IMG/VR virus record: IMGVR_UViG_3300031994_000071
Coordinates: 1 to 64,000 of that record
From: a virus
Taxonomy: Duplodnaviria; Caudoviricetes
Reading direction: 5' to 3' (one strand)
Length of the DNA stretch: 64,000 nt
Below, piece after piece: positions 39,681 through 49,774 of this stretch; the stretch's first letter is position 1; each line of letters starts with the position of its first letter. Below the pieces are notes generated by a model that saw only the letters and a list, made by a program, of their open reading frames with translations, had not been told where the DNA came from and made no database searches. The position numbers were made by a program, and so were the translations under genes.

Positions 39681-39867
39681 ACTTAATCGTTACACGCAGC
39701 CCCAGCGCCTCCGCCCATCTGTACATCATCTTCAAAGTCAGACCGCCACGACCGTTCTCTATCTCACTCAAGCGGGCACGCTCAGCACCCATCCTGCGGG
39801 CCAACTCGCCCAAGGTCACACCGGCATCCAACCGGCGGTCCTTCAATTCCTGTATTACTTGCTCCAT
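39673..39867 (-). CDS. XRE-family HTH protein
   Basis: LKDRRLDAGVTLGELARRMG...RLSEIENG. Confidence 0.9.
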   Translation of the reverse strand: MEQVIQELKDRRLDAGVTLGELARRMGAERARLSEIENGRGGLTLKMMYRWAEALGLRVTIKFE

Positions 39868-39870
39868 GGC

Positions 39871-42800
39871 TCAATAATTTAGATTGTTTGGCATTTCACC
39901 TTCGCTATACAAGTCGTAGGCGAAAACTCTATACTCAAAGAAGTCCGCCCCTATGCGCACGTTGATGGTCTGGCTATCCAAACCGGGACCAGCCCAGGTG
40001 ACGCTATCACGAAACACCTTCAAGAGTTTCACTTCCTCACCGTCACGCCTTGCATCCATAATCAGTTTCGCAACCACCCGTCTCATGTGCTTAACCGCAT
40101 CGGCTACATTCTTGAAAGAATAGTAGCCATCGTGCCAGCCGTGGTCGTTGACCTCAAGCCGGATTTTGTAGATTTGTTGTTTCATATCACAAAGTGTATT
40201 TCACCATACTGGTGCTTAAAATTGTACTTGTCAATTTCCCATATCTCGTCATAGGTGTGACGCAGGCTGTTCTCCGGATACCTGCTCATGCTGTGGAACA
40301 TCGTTCCGGCTCCAGCCCTAAGGTTTTTCACGTTCTGCTCCAAGTCATCGACCGGCTCAGGCAGCGCCCTTGCATGGATGATGATGCTTTTACCTTGGAG
40401 CCACAAATCCTTCGCCATCTTCTCGTCTATCTCGGTCAGTGTCGTGTGTCCTTTGGTCTCCATCGGGCCTCCGGTCACAACGTCATTAACAACAGAAGGA
40501 ATCATGTAGAAGTGCTGCTGCACCTCGCGGTATTCGTGCGTGTACCCGCTCGCCTTCACCTCTCCGCTTTCAATCCTCGGAGCGACGGTTTCTTGTACCG
40601 CTTTCAGAAAGTCCTTTACTTCTTTTTCGGTCGAGAAATAATCCTCGATACCAATAATCCGCCCGTCACTCTTACGGACGAGAACCATTGCAAACTTTTT
40701 CATATTCTCTTGTCAATTCGTTAAATATAATCCAGTTGATTCCGTCGGACCGTCTCGTCTTTGGATAATCACCATTACTTGCACGCTTCAAGATATAAAG
40801 TGCCTCGCCCTCATCCTTGCACTTGAGCGCCTTCATGTCCTCAAGCAGGATTCCAAATTCACGATTCGGATCCGGCTTGGCCAGTGGAATATATCCTTCA
40901 TGCGGGAAATTATGCCTGCCGATATTCCATACCACATACCCGGGAGGGAACGTGTCCACAATCTCGAACTCATCGACACGTCCCCACTTGCTGTCCCTGA
41001 ATTTTTCCATATCAGTAGATGTTTACTATCATTTGTTTGTACGGATAACCGCCAGTGGCCTGCCTGACGCATTCCATCGCCTGCGTCCAGAAGTCACGCA
41101 CCTTCTTCGCAAGGTCCTCGGAATCCTTGAACTTGCTCTTGCGCATCCACTTGCCACCCATCCGCTCGACCGCCTTACGCATGGAGCACATGCACAGGTA
41201 TGATTTCTTTTGGTCTGCATCGGTCAGCCAAATGTGACCACAACTCGACACCTCGAACTTATGTTCTTTCATGTCTATCTTGAGGTCCACATAAATAGAA
41301 TTCTCTGCAATCCCGTTTGGATAGTCGCTTGCATTCAGCGCGTCCAGGCGCACATGTTGCAGATACGGGACGAATGAACCGAACCCGCCACGGACCGGGA
41401 GGGTTTTCAGCCTCATGGCCGCCTTGATGAGTTCAAATTCACTCTTGTACTTTGCGCATTCAACCTCGTGCGCGTCCAGGGCCTGCTTGCTCGGGAAAAC
41501 CTCGCTCAGGCAAATGCTGTGTTGCTTTACGTATTCCATCTTTCTTTTAGTTATTTGTTATCCTTACGCCTCTTTGCAGCCTTTCTTTCTCGTTTCGCTT
41601 TGGCCTTCTCAATGGCCATCTGTTCGCATCGCTCACGACGCGCCCTATCCTCCGGGCTTTCTTTATTCTCAATCACTCTGCCTCGGCCCGAATCGAAATA
41701 ATGCTGGGACTCTGCGAGCATCATTGCGCCCATCAAAGCCAGTTGTTTCATTGCTTGGCGTCCCATAGTCTTAACTGTTAAAATATAACGTTTCTGCCTG
41801 GTTGCTCTCAGCCTCTAAAAAATCATCCTCCGTATAATCGTCCTCGTACTCTTCCGGTTCTTCGTCGCCATCGTACTTATAGTCGTCCGGCATGCCTCCA
41901 CCAAAATAGGTGTCGTCGTCAATATCATGTGCCATCTTTCTTTCAGTTAGTTGTGAAACTCAATCTTTGCATAGTACGGTTTGAAACACCCGTCCAAATA
42001 GAAACTGCACCGGTACTCACCCTTCACCGCGTACACCTTCACGCACCCGCTCTGCCAGCCGTGTGCAAACTCCGGGCATACGAATCCGCCCACCTCCCGG
42101 TAACTCTTAGGCGTCGCACTCTTGGGACCAATCCTACGACGGTTGCCCAGGCTGCTCATGGTCGCTTTGCCATAAGCAACACCGGCCAGGACAAAACCAC
42201 GACCGGTGCTCACTTCGATTCGTGCCATACCCTACGCCTCCACCTTTTCGGTGCTCACCTGCACCTGCCATCTGTCCTCGCTAAAGGTGCGCACGCTCTC
42301 AACCTCGCCCGCCTTCACCATCTCCACGAGGTCGCCCAGAGCAATCTCGCTCTTCGGAATGTAATAGTACGAATAGTCCTTGTTGATGCTTTCAAGGTAC
42401 TTGCTGTCAATCTTTTTCATGATACTTTGTTTTTAGATGGTTTATAACTACCAGAGCACAACGCCCTGTTTTTCTACTATCAGCCGATGATCCGGGGCAC
42501 TCACATACCAGCCAAAGCGCTTGTGGTGCTCCTCGTTCAACGCGTTCTGCATCTCCACGCAATGCCGTTTCCATTGCCTGCGCTCGGCCTCGATGCTCTT
42601 GCCGAATACGGCGTAAATCGCCTTTGCTAAAATCTTTTTCATGGTTCGATAAATACTTTCTTTGTTCCCTTGTAAAATGCCTCGTGGTTCACGTCATCGT
42701 ACTTGTAGCACTCGTACACCTTGTCCGGGGCGTAATAGTACCCACGCACCCACAGCGGGGCATTCTCGTTGTTCGTCAGGCGGAAAAAGTCGCCCTTCTT

Positions 42801-43441
42801 CACCTGCCTGATGGTCGTTGCAGTCATGCCCAGGCCCTCCCGTTCTTGTGGTTCATCCGTTTCTGCCGTTTGTCCCTCCGCCTCATCCGTCCGTCAATCT
42901 CGTTCAAAAGCCGTTCTTCCTCGTCGGCCCACTGAACGCGTGCCATCCGGTCACTCGCCCAGTCAAATTGTGTGTAAGTTTTGCTCATGATTGTACATAT
43001 TTGCTACCGCCCCGGGCCGGGTATAGTTACCCAGCCCAGAGCACGCACTAAGCCTAAAGCCTTTTTATCCTCGCTTAGTCGAGTTTACTTGCTATTGATA
43101 GCCTTCCAATGGGCAGCGCTCGCCCGGCGGAGGTAGTCAAGCACGCGCCCGGGGGTCCATGTGTCCCATGCACGGAATTCCTTTTCGCCCGTTTCGGCGT
43201 TCTTGACCATGCGACCTAATACGCCGTTCTGGCAGTAGTTCGAGCCGTCAAGCCACTGCACGAGGTACGCGGGCGTTACGTCCTTGAACGTAAGGCCATC
43301 TTTGCGGGCTACCTTTTGCAGTTCGGATTTGCCCCAATTCTCGCGGAGCGTGCGCATGCAGGAAGACAAACTTTTGTGCTCGGCGTTGATAAAAGCCTTG
43401 AAATCCTTAACAGAAGCGGAGGTAAACTGAATCTTTGCCAT
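39871..43441 (-). other. first genes of the leftward arm (39871-40185, 40182-40703, 40672-41010, 41012-41539, 41551-41766, 41947-42228, 42232-42420, 42448-42642, 42639-42827, 43085-43441)
   Basis: Co-oriented small ORFs. Confidence 0.72.
41771..41935 (-). CDS. 54-aa highly acidic peptide
   Basis: Hand translation MAHDIDDDTYFGGGMPDDYKYDGDEEPEEYEDDYTEDDFLEAESNQAETLYFNS; fills the gap between neighbours. Confidence 0.65.
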   Translation of the reverse strand: MAHDIDDDTYFGGGMPDDYKYDGDEEPEEYEDDYTEDDFLEAESNQAETLYFNS

Positions 43442-44017
43442 AATTGTAAATGTTTAATTGTTAATTGTTTATAGTTACTAAATTATTTGATTTGTTCAGC
43501 CGTTCGGAGTCGAACCAAACCACTGAATTTGAAGCCGTTCACGCCTAATTGCTTTGCACACTTGAAGCCGTTCAAATGCTGCTGCGAAACCCACTTTTAG
43601 ACGTCGTAAGCCGTTCATTTTACCGCTTTTTCCGGCCCCCGTGAGCGTGTCACTCGCTCACCGCTGCACCAAATGCACCCCCGGGGCCGTTCAGGCGTTG
43701 TTTTTGCGCGGTCGCTCTCCCCGCGTTCGCCCTCCCGGGCTTATTGTAAGCCGTTTTTGTCGGTCCGTGGTGCACTGACTTCCCAAATTTTGAGAAAGTG
43801 CCTAAAGGCATTCGCCCATAGCAAAAGAGCATTTCGCTCGCCCCGTTCGGGTACACTTCGCCTCAAAACCAGGTATCACCCTTTCCGTTCGGCTCGTTCC
43901 AGACTTTTCAAAGACCTATTTTTGGCGTCCTCAGATAACGCCCCCCCCTGAATGGGGGCTATATGTGGGGGAGAATCCCCCCGGGGGCCTCTCTTGCCCG
44001 CCGTCACTGCTATAAAT

Positions 44018-44032
44018 GCAAACGGCGTGCCA
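44018..44032 (-). promoter_or_regulatory. leftward sigma54-type box TGGCAC-GCCGT-TTGC
   Basis: Exact consensus in the non-coding control region. Confidence 0.7.
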
Positions 44033-44118
44033 CAAACGGCACAATATGCCAAAAATAGCGCAAATCTTACACTTTGAAAGAAAAATCTAACATATAATTA
44101 CATATTATAACTAAAATC

Positions 44119-44131
44119 TAACATATTGATT
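44119..44131 (-). promoter_or_regulatory. IHF-consensus site (AATCAA-TATG-TTA)
   Basis: Exact WATCAANNNNTTR on the minus strand. Confidence 0.5.
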
Positions 44132-44166
44132 ATAATTTGTAAGTTTGGCACACCCATTTACTAACA

Positions 44167-44219
44167 CTGACAAAATGGCAGGAACCTGACAATATGGCAG
44201 AAAACTGACAAAATGGCAG
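44167..44219 (+). repeat. three direct repeats CTGACAA(A/T)ATGGCAG, 19-bp period
   Basis: 44167-44181, 44186-44200, 44205-44219; each an imperfect palindrome. Confidence 0.9.
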
Positions 44220-44258
44220 CACTTCTTAAAAAATTTTAAGAACTCGCAACTATTTGAT

Positions 44259-44336
44259 AATCAAGCACTTACAAAGGGCGTAAAAAAGTTACTACGACCG
44301 TCGCAGATACATAACTAATTGATTTTCAAGGGGTTA
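44259..44336 (+). promoter_or_regulatory. two IHF-consensus-like sites (44259-44271 exact; 44324-44336 one mismatch)
   Basis: AATCAA-GCAC-TTA and TTTCAA-GGGG-TTA within the repeat AACTAnTTGATnnTCAAGnnnTTAC; third copy at 44676-44688. Confidence 0.5.
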
Positions 44337-44410
44337 CGGGGGTTTTGAGGCAAAAAAGGGGCGCACCCACATGGGACTATCGTTTATTTTTTTTATTTTT
44401 TTTCTGAGCC

Positions 44411-44425
44411 TGGCACGCTTTTTGC
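44411..44425 (+). promoter_or_regulatory. rightward sigma54-type box TGGCAC-GCTTT-TTGC
   Basis: Exact consensus preceded by T-tracts. Confidence 0.7.
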
Positions 44426-44782
44426 ATTATAAGGCCCCTAGCTGTACCAAAACAGGCACGGATGAATGTTTTTTCTTGGGTTGTATAGAACTACACCACC
44501 CCACCCGACCTTTATCTATTTATTTATCATATACTTGACCCGCTCAATGAAGAAATGTAGTATTATACAAGTTAGGAAATAGGTGCTTATCTGGAGAGGG
44601 GGTAAATGTGTGAATTCTGGGGTATATATAGGGAAATTTTTTACATTTTTTCATCGGGCCTATTCCGCCCTTGATTATCAGCGACTTACGGAATGTAGTT
44701 TTATACCGAATAGGAAACTTTTTGTCATTTTCGTGCCGTTTTCGGTACGTTTTCGGAATCTGCCGCTTGGAATCGTCCAGAA

Positions 44783-45181
44783 TTGGCCCTAAATTTGCAG
44801 GCGGAAAAACGCAAAATTAGGCGCATGGCAAAACAGGTAATTGTGGCCCCAGGTCACGTCTTTGAGAATCTGGAGGAAGCAGCAGCCTTCCTCAACGTCA
44901 CTCCCGGAACTGTTTCGAGGGCGATCCGCGATGTCCGTCCAATCAGCGGAGTCCCGCTCAGGTATGCGCAACGCGTGTACGTGGTGAAGATGAAGAAGCA
45001 GGAGGAATGGGTGGCAGCAGTTATGGACAGCAGCAACAGGCGATACGTGACGGTCGGCCAGTCCCTCAGGAAGATTCCGAAAAAGGATGTGGCCCAGGTG
45101 AAGGACATCACCGCCTCCTGGTACTTCAACTCTGGCACGGAACTTGCAGGGAGGGACGATTCAAAACGAAGTGAATTATGA
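44783..45181 (+). CDS. NUMOD1/HTH-like DNA-binding protein
   Basis: FENLEEAAAFLNVTPGTVSRAIR. Confidence 0.55.
   Translation: MALNLQAEKRKIRRMAKQVIVAPGHVFENLEEAAAFLNVTPGTVSRAIRDVRPISGVPLRYAQRVYVVKMKKQEEWVAAVMDSSNRRYVTVGQSLRKIPKKDVAQVKDITASWYFNSGTELAGRDDSKRSEL
45133..45147 (+). promoter_or_regulatory. sigma54-type box TGGCAC-GGAAC-TTGC
   Basis: Exact consensus, 31 nt from the ATG at 45178. Confidence 0.65.
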
Positions 45182-45768
45182 CGTACCTATTTTTCGACAC
45201 AGAGACAACAGGGCTTCCGAAGAACTACTCGGCGCCCACTACCGACCTCGACAACTGGGGTGCCGCACGACTGGTGCAACTCGGATACATCCTGGAGGAT
45301 GACAAGCAGGGAGTGATATCAAAGGGAAACCTCATCGTCAGGCCGGAAGGATTCGTGATCCCGGAGGCGGCGAGCAACGTGCATGGCATCACGACCGAGG
45401 TGGCCACCGAGAAGGGACTTCCGGCAAAGAAGGTCGTGTACGCCTTCCTCGGACAGGCACGGATTGCCGATGTCCTGGTCGGACACAATGTTGACTACGA
45501 TACTCATGTGGTAGGCTCCGAACTGGTGCGCCACTGGGGAAAGGACTATATCGAGGGGATGCCGGTCGTTGATACCATGAAGTCCAGCGTGGATTTCTGC
45601 AAGATCCCCTCGGCCCGTGGGTACAAGTGGCCCAAACTGATTGAACTCCACAACAAACTCTTCGGGTGCGACTTCGAGGATGCCCATGATGCCATGGCCG
45701 ACATCAGCGCCACCCGGAAGTGCTTCTGGGAGTTGGTGAGACTGGGTATTATCAAGTTAAACCGTTAA
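45178..45768 (+). CDS. DEDDh 3'-5' exonuclease (DnaQ-like)
   Basis: FFDTETTG, GHNVDYD, AHDAMAD. Confidence 0.93.
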   Translation: MTYLFFDTETTGLPKNYSAPTTDLDNWGAARLVQLGYILEDDKQGVISKGNLIVRPEGFVIPEAASNVHGITTEVATEKGLPAKKVVYAFLGQARIADVLVGHNVDYDTHVVGSELVRHWGKDYIEGMPVVDTMKSSVDFCKIPSARGYKWPKLIELHNKLFGCDFEDAHDAMADISATRKCFWELVRLGIIKLNR

Positions 45769-45779
45769 CTATCAAGAAT

Positions 45780-47160
45780 ATGGATAAGACAAAGTTCCAT
45801 TTGGGCCAGGTCCTGACCTATGACGGACAGAAGGCTATCGTTGATGCTCTGACGCAGACCATGATTGCTCTCCGGGTAGGAGGGCAATATATCGTAGAGA
45901 GTTATGACAACCTGCCGCTGCTGGTGAGCCATGTCGGGGCTTGAGCGCATACGGGAGAAGCAGTTGGATGAGCGCTATTCGGTCCGCGAGGACGGGACGG
46001 TGCTCAGCAACGGCATGGCCCTCTCCCCCGTGAGGGGGGTGTGGGTGTCCCTGCACGGGGAGCGCCGGTACGTGTCGTACCTGGTGGCCCGCGCTTTCGT
46101 CCCGAACCCGGAAGGGAGACCCTATGTGGTCCACAAGGACGGGGACCCGGAGAACAATGTGGCCGACAACCTGGAGTGGAGCGAGGAGAAGGAGCCGGAC
46201 CGGAAGGCCGGGCCGAAACCGAGGATGGTGATCTTCGGGCAGTTCGACGTGGACGGCAGCATGGTGAACCGGTGGGGGAGCGTGAAGGAGGCGGCGGCTG
46301 CTACCGGCCTGGCCCCGCAGGCCATCCGGGCGGCGTTGCAGCGGCGCAATGGAAAGAGTGGAAAGTGGTATTGGATGTACTTGTAGTATGAATACTGGTA
46401 TTTTTGAATGTTACGAGAAGTATCGGCACGCCCTGAGGTGGCCGTTTTTCGAGTTGGCGCACAGTGACATCGTGGACTGGCGTCTGTATATCGTCGAGAG
46501 GCCGGATGGCATCGGGGAAGGTGCGCCTGAGATAGAGATACTGGACGTGCAGTATCCTGATTTGGATTACGTGCTGGCCAAGGCTGAGGTGGAATTCAAG
46601 AAATGGCTCTGGGAGCACAAGAATATCAAGGAATTCAGACCAAAAGAATCATGTGTGAAAAAATAGGCTTGTTTCATGATGATGGGACTCCTCTTGAAAA
46701 AGAAGAACTCCCAATCCCCGGCGCCCCCATGGAATTGAATGTTCTCGCCGGTGCGCTCGGTTTGCTTCGGTACGCCCAGGAGCAGCACATGCCCGTGCTC
46801 ATAAAGAATGAAGATGAAACACGAGCGCTGTTAATCAAGGATGCAAACAGCATAAAGTGCAAAATGAGCGTTGAAATTATAGAAGCAAAAAAGTAGAAAT
46901 TTCCAATTTATGTGCTAAAAATGCAGAAAAATGTATTTTTTTGCCGAAAAATGTGCTAAAATTTCCATTTTATGTACGATATAAAGGAAATACGTTGTGA
47001 CGAGAAGCCCGATATAGGGCACAAATTGCCTCTTGTGGAGGTAGAATTTACGCCCGGGAAGTTCTGGGCGCTCACTCCGGCCTTCAATCTCAACTTTGCC
47101 GTCGGCGAGTTTGAGTTTGAGTGGCTTTGCGTTGGAATTTACATCAGGTGGAAGAGATAA
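45780..47160 (+). other. small hypothetical ORFs (45780-45944, 46388-46666, 46651-46896, 46972-47160)
   Basis: Co-oriented ORFs. Confidence 0.65.
45931..46386 (+). CDS. HNH/NUMOD-type endonuclease-like protein, probably degenerate
   Basis: LVARAFVPNPEGRPYVVHKDGDPENNVADNLEW. Confidence 0.75.
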   Translation: MSGLERIREKQLDERYSVREDGTVLSNGMALSPVRGVWVSLHGERRYVSYLVARAFVPNPEGRPYVVHKDGDPENNVADNLEWSEEKEPDRKAGPKPRMVIFGQFDVDGSMVNRWGSVKEAAAATGLAPQAIRAALQRRNGKSGKWYWMYL

Positions 47161-47666
47161 TGGATACGAGTTTTCAGAAAACAAAGGCCACTGACGAATG
47201 GTTCACCCCGAAGGAGTTGGTGGATGCCCTGGGCGAGTTTGACCTGGACCCCTGCGAGCCGGTGAGGCTGCTGTGGCGTCTGGCGAAGCGCGGATTCAAC
47301 AAGTATGATGACGGCCTGGCCCAAAATTGGGGGGGGCAAGATGTGCGTGTGTGGCTTAACCCGCCATACAGCCAGCCTTTGTTGGACCAGTTCGTTAAGA
47401 AGATGGTGGAACATGGAAATGGCATCATGCTGACGTTCGCGAGAGTGGATAACCGTCTCTTCCAGGGCACGATCCTGCCGAACTGTGACGGCATCCTGTT
47501 CCTCCGGCACCGCGTCCGGTTCTACATGCCGGATGGTACCATGGGCGGCAGTCCCGGGAGCGGCAGTTGCCTGATAGCCTTCGGGAAGGAGAACGTGGAT
47601 GCACTCCGCAACTCCGGCCTGGAAGGGTTTTTGATGGAGAAGGATGGTCCTTGGCACAACATTTGA
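47160..47666 (+). CDS. phage N6-adenine DNA methyltransferase (Dam-like)
   Basis: TDEWFTP, FDLDPC, VWLNPPYS. Confidence 0.9.
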   Translation: MDTSFQKTKATDEWFTPKELVDALGEFDLDPCEPVRLLWRLAKRGFNKYDDGLAQNWGGQDVRVWLNPPYSQPLLDQFVKKMVEHGNGIMLTFARVDNRLFQGTILPNCDGILFLRHRVRFYMPDGTMGGSPGSGSCLIAFGKENVDALRNSGLEGFLMEKDGPWHNI

Positions 47667-47669
47667 AGT

Positions 47670-48630
47670 ATGTTCGTAACAGTGTGGACGCCAGAGAAGG
47701 TGGCGGTGTTTGTGGAGAAGTATGCAGATACCAGGAACGAGGACCTGGTGGCCGAACTCGGGGTGAGCATGAGGACGATAGAGCGGAAGGCGAAGGCACT
47801 GGGCCTCAAGAAGAGCGAGCGTTTCCTTCGGGATGCGAGCCAGAGGGGCTTGATGGAGATTGAGTACCGGCGCATGATGGGTGAGCAGGTAGGCGGCTTC
47901 AAGAAGGGTGACGGCCATAAAGGCACGCCAGGCAGTTTCAAGAAGGGCCACCGGTTCACTGGGGAGATTGAGGAGAAGCGGGTGAAGGCATGTAGGGACA
48001 GGGCATGGGATGAGCGGGTGCGCCTGATCCGTGGGTTTCCGAGGTTGACGAAGTGGAAAATGAAAAATTATTAGTATATTTGCGACCAATGATGCAGGTG
48101 AGTAAAATAGCGTGTGGAGAGGAGGAACTTTCTTCCGTCAAGAAGCAGGCCGTTGAGGAACTGAAAGAGAAGATGTGGAAGGAGGTCTGGAAGGAGAACA
48201 TTGATCTCCCTCAGGCGAAGGTGAAAGTTGTCTCCCTGGGAGAAGGCATCTATCAAGTAACGGCAAAGATATGAATGCAGAAGAATTGGCACAAAGGAGC
48301 GCTGACGAAATACTACGGTCACTCGGCAGGGACGAGGATACGCTGAATCGTATGCTTCATGAGAAGCAGCGTGGCGGTTGGCGCTGGACGGAGGAGGAGT
48401 TGCAGAAGGAATTGGTTCTGGCCGGAGTTGTACGGATTTTGAAGGGACAGGACCCTGCGAAGGGCGGAAAGCCGGAGGAGCCTGGGAGCATGAACCCGGC
48501 CCAGTTGCAGAAGGAGATAGAAAAGACCATGAATAGGCTCTTTTCACTGCGCCAGGCTTTGAGCCGGAAGACTGGCGACGTCCCGAACAGTAGGAAGGAT
48601 ATTAACTTTGAAAAATACGTAACTGAATGA
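47670..48630 (+). other. hypothetical ORFs (47670-48074, 48089-48274, 48271-48630)
   Basis: Coupled ORFs; TATATTTG -7 box at 48075-48082. Confidence 0.7.
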
Positions 48631-49064
48631 TAGTCAAGATTAAAAAACTGCGCGATAACGCCGTTATTCCGGTTAAGGCTCACCCGAGCGATGCCGGTTT
48701 TGACCTGGTGGCGGCTACTGACTTTAAGACGGACGAAGACGGAAACGCCGTGTATTACACCGGCCTTGCTTTCGAGATCCCGGAAGGGTATGTCGGCCTC
48801 ATCTTCCCGAGAAGCAGCATTACCAAGAAGGACCAGATGATAGCGAACGGCGTCGGGGTGGTGGATTCCAACTATCGCGGCGAGGTATCGGTGAAGTGCA
48901 AGATGATTTCCCCTCTCGCGCACGAAAAGTATCATGTGTACCGTATTGGTGAGCGTGTTGCCCAGATGATTATTGTTCCATATCCGGAGATTGAGTTCCA
49001 GGAGGCGGACGAACTGAGCGAGACCGACAGGGGCGCCAACGGCTACGGCTCTACCGGAAAATAA
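48627..49064 (+). CDS. dut: dUTP diphosphatase
   Basis: AGFDL, PRSS, GVVDSNYRGE, RVAQ, RGANGYGSTG motifs. Confidence 0.97.
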   Translation: MIVKIKKLRDNAVIPVKAHPSDAGFDLVAATDFKTDEDGNAVYYTGLAFEIPEGYVGLIFPRSSITKKDQMIANGVGVVDSNYRGEVSVKCKMISPLAHEKYHVYRIGERVAQMIIVPYPEIEFQEADELSETDRGANGYGSTGK

Positions 49065-49068
49065 AGTT

Positions 49069-49083
49069 TGGCACGCTTTTTGA
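49069..49083 (+). promoter_or_regulatory. sigma54-like box variant TGGCAC-GCTTT-TTGA
   Basis: Same first 14 nt as 44411 and 59319; 28 nt from the ATG at 49111. Confidence 0.5.
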
Positions 49084-49110
49084 AAGACATTCTGTAAATT
49101 TTTAACAAAT

Positions 49111-49365
49111 ATGGAGACTAAGTACAACGTTTGCGACAAAGTGTCGTATTTCAACGATGCCTCTCAGAAGGTTGAGACCAGCACCGTGCAGGGCATCAAG
49201 ATTATCGCCACCAAGGTCCACGCCAATCAGGATGGCGTCGATGTGTGCGATGAGCAGATTGCCATCTACACCCTCAAGAACGGCATCAACACGCCCGAGA
49301 ATACCCTGTTCCCGAGTGAAGCGGCGTGCGTAGAGCACTACAAGGCGCTGTTCGCGTCTATGTAA
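49111..49365 (+). CDS. hypothetical protein
   Basis: KYNVCDKV start; precedes tRNA cluster. Confidence 0.75.
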   Translation: METKYNVCDKVSYFNDASQKVETSTVQGIKIIATKVHANQDGVDVCDEQIAIYTLKNGINTPENTLFPSEAACVEHYKALFASM

Positions 49366-49385
49366 AGAGGCCCTGGGAAGCCCAA

Positions 49386-49459
49386 TCCCGGTTCGTCTAA
49401 CGGTTAGGACGCTTAGCGATTCGCACATAGCAATAGGGGTTCGATTCCTCTACCGGGAG
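49386..49459 (+). tRNA. tRNA-like element with Glu-type acceptor/D/T arms and a non-canonical anticodon arm
   Basis: TCCCGGT/ACCGGGA acceptor, GTCT...GGAC D arm, AGGGG-TTCGATT-CCTCT T arm; no 5-bp anticodon stem. Confidence 0.6.
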
Positions 49460-49504
49460 CAAGTTCGCAGTGATGCGGTAATTTTGTAAGTTTTTGTGTT
49501 GGAA

Positions 49505-49575
49505 AGTCCCGTACCTCAGTGGGAGAGGGGGTGTCGGAAAGATGCCGGTCGCGAGTTCGATTCTCGCCGGGACTT
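49505..49575 (+). tRNA. tRNA-Phe(GAA)-like, atypical (G33)
   Basis: Full cloverleaf; anticodon loop CGGAAAG. Confidence 0.65.
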
Positions 49576-49774
49576 CGAGGTTTCCTGGTAGAAAACGGAG
49601 GTTGCAACCGTCAACACCTTGTCAATTAGGCCAATAATATGGAGCCACGTGGGTCCCTCAAGGTCTGTTGAAACCTACAATCACCCACCGGCCCCGGATG
49701 AAAGCGGACCAGGAGTAATTGTTCATAGCCGCAATTACGGGCATCGGTGACACTCTGGAGAGACGGAGACACAT

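Noticed and set aside
43650-43951. Two short minus-strand ORFs in the control region
   Set aside because: Low-complexity translations overlapping repeats and hairpins; more likely non-coding leader
44167-44219. Mini-CRISPR array
   Set aside because: Repeats are 15 nt with 4-nt spacers, far too short, and there are no cas genes
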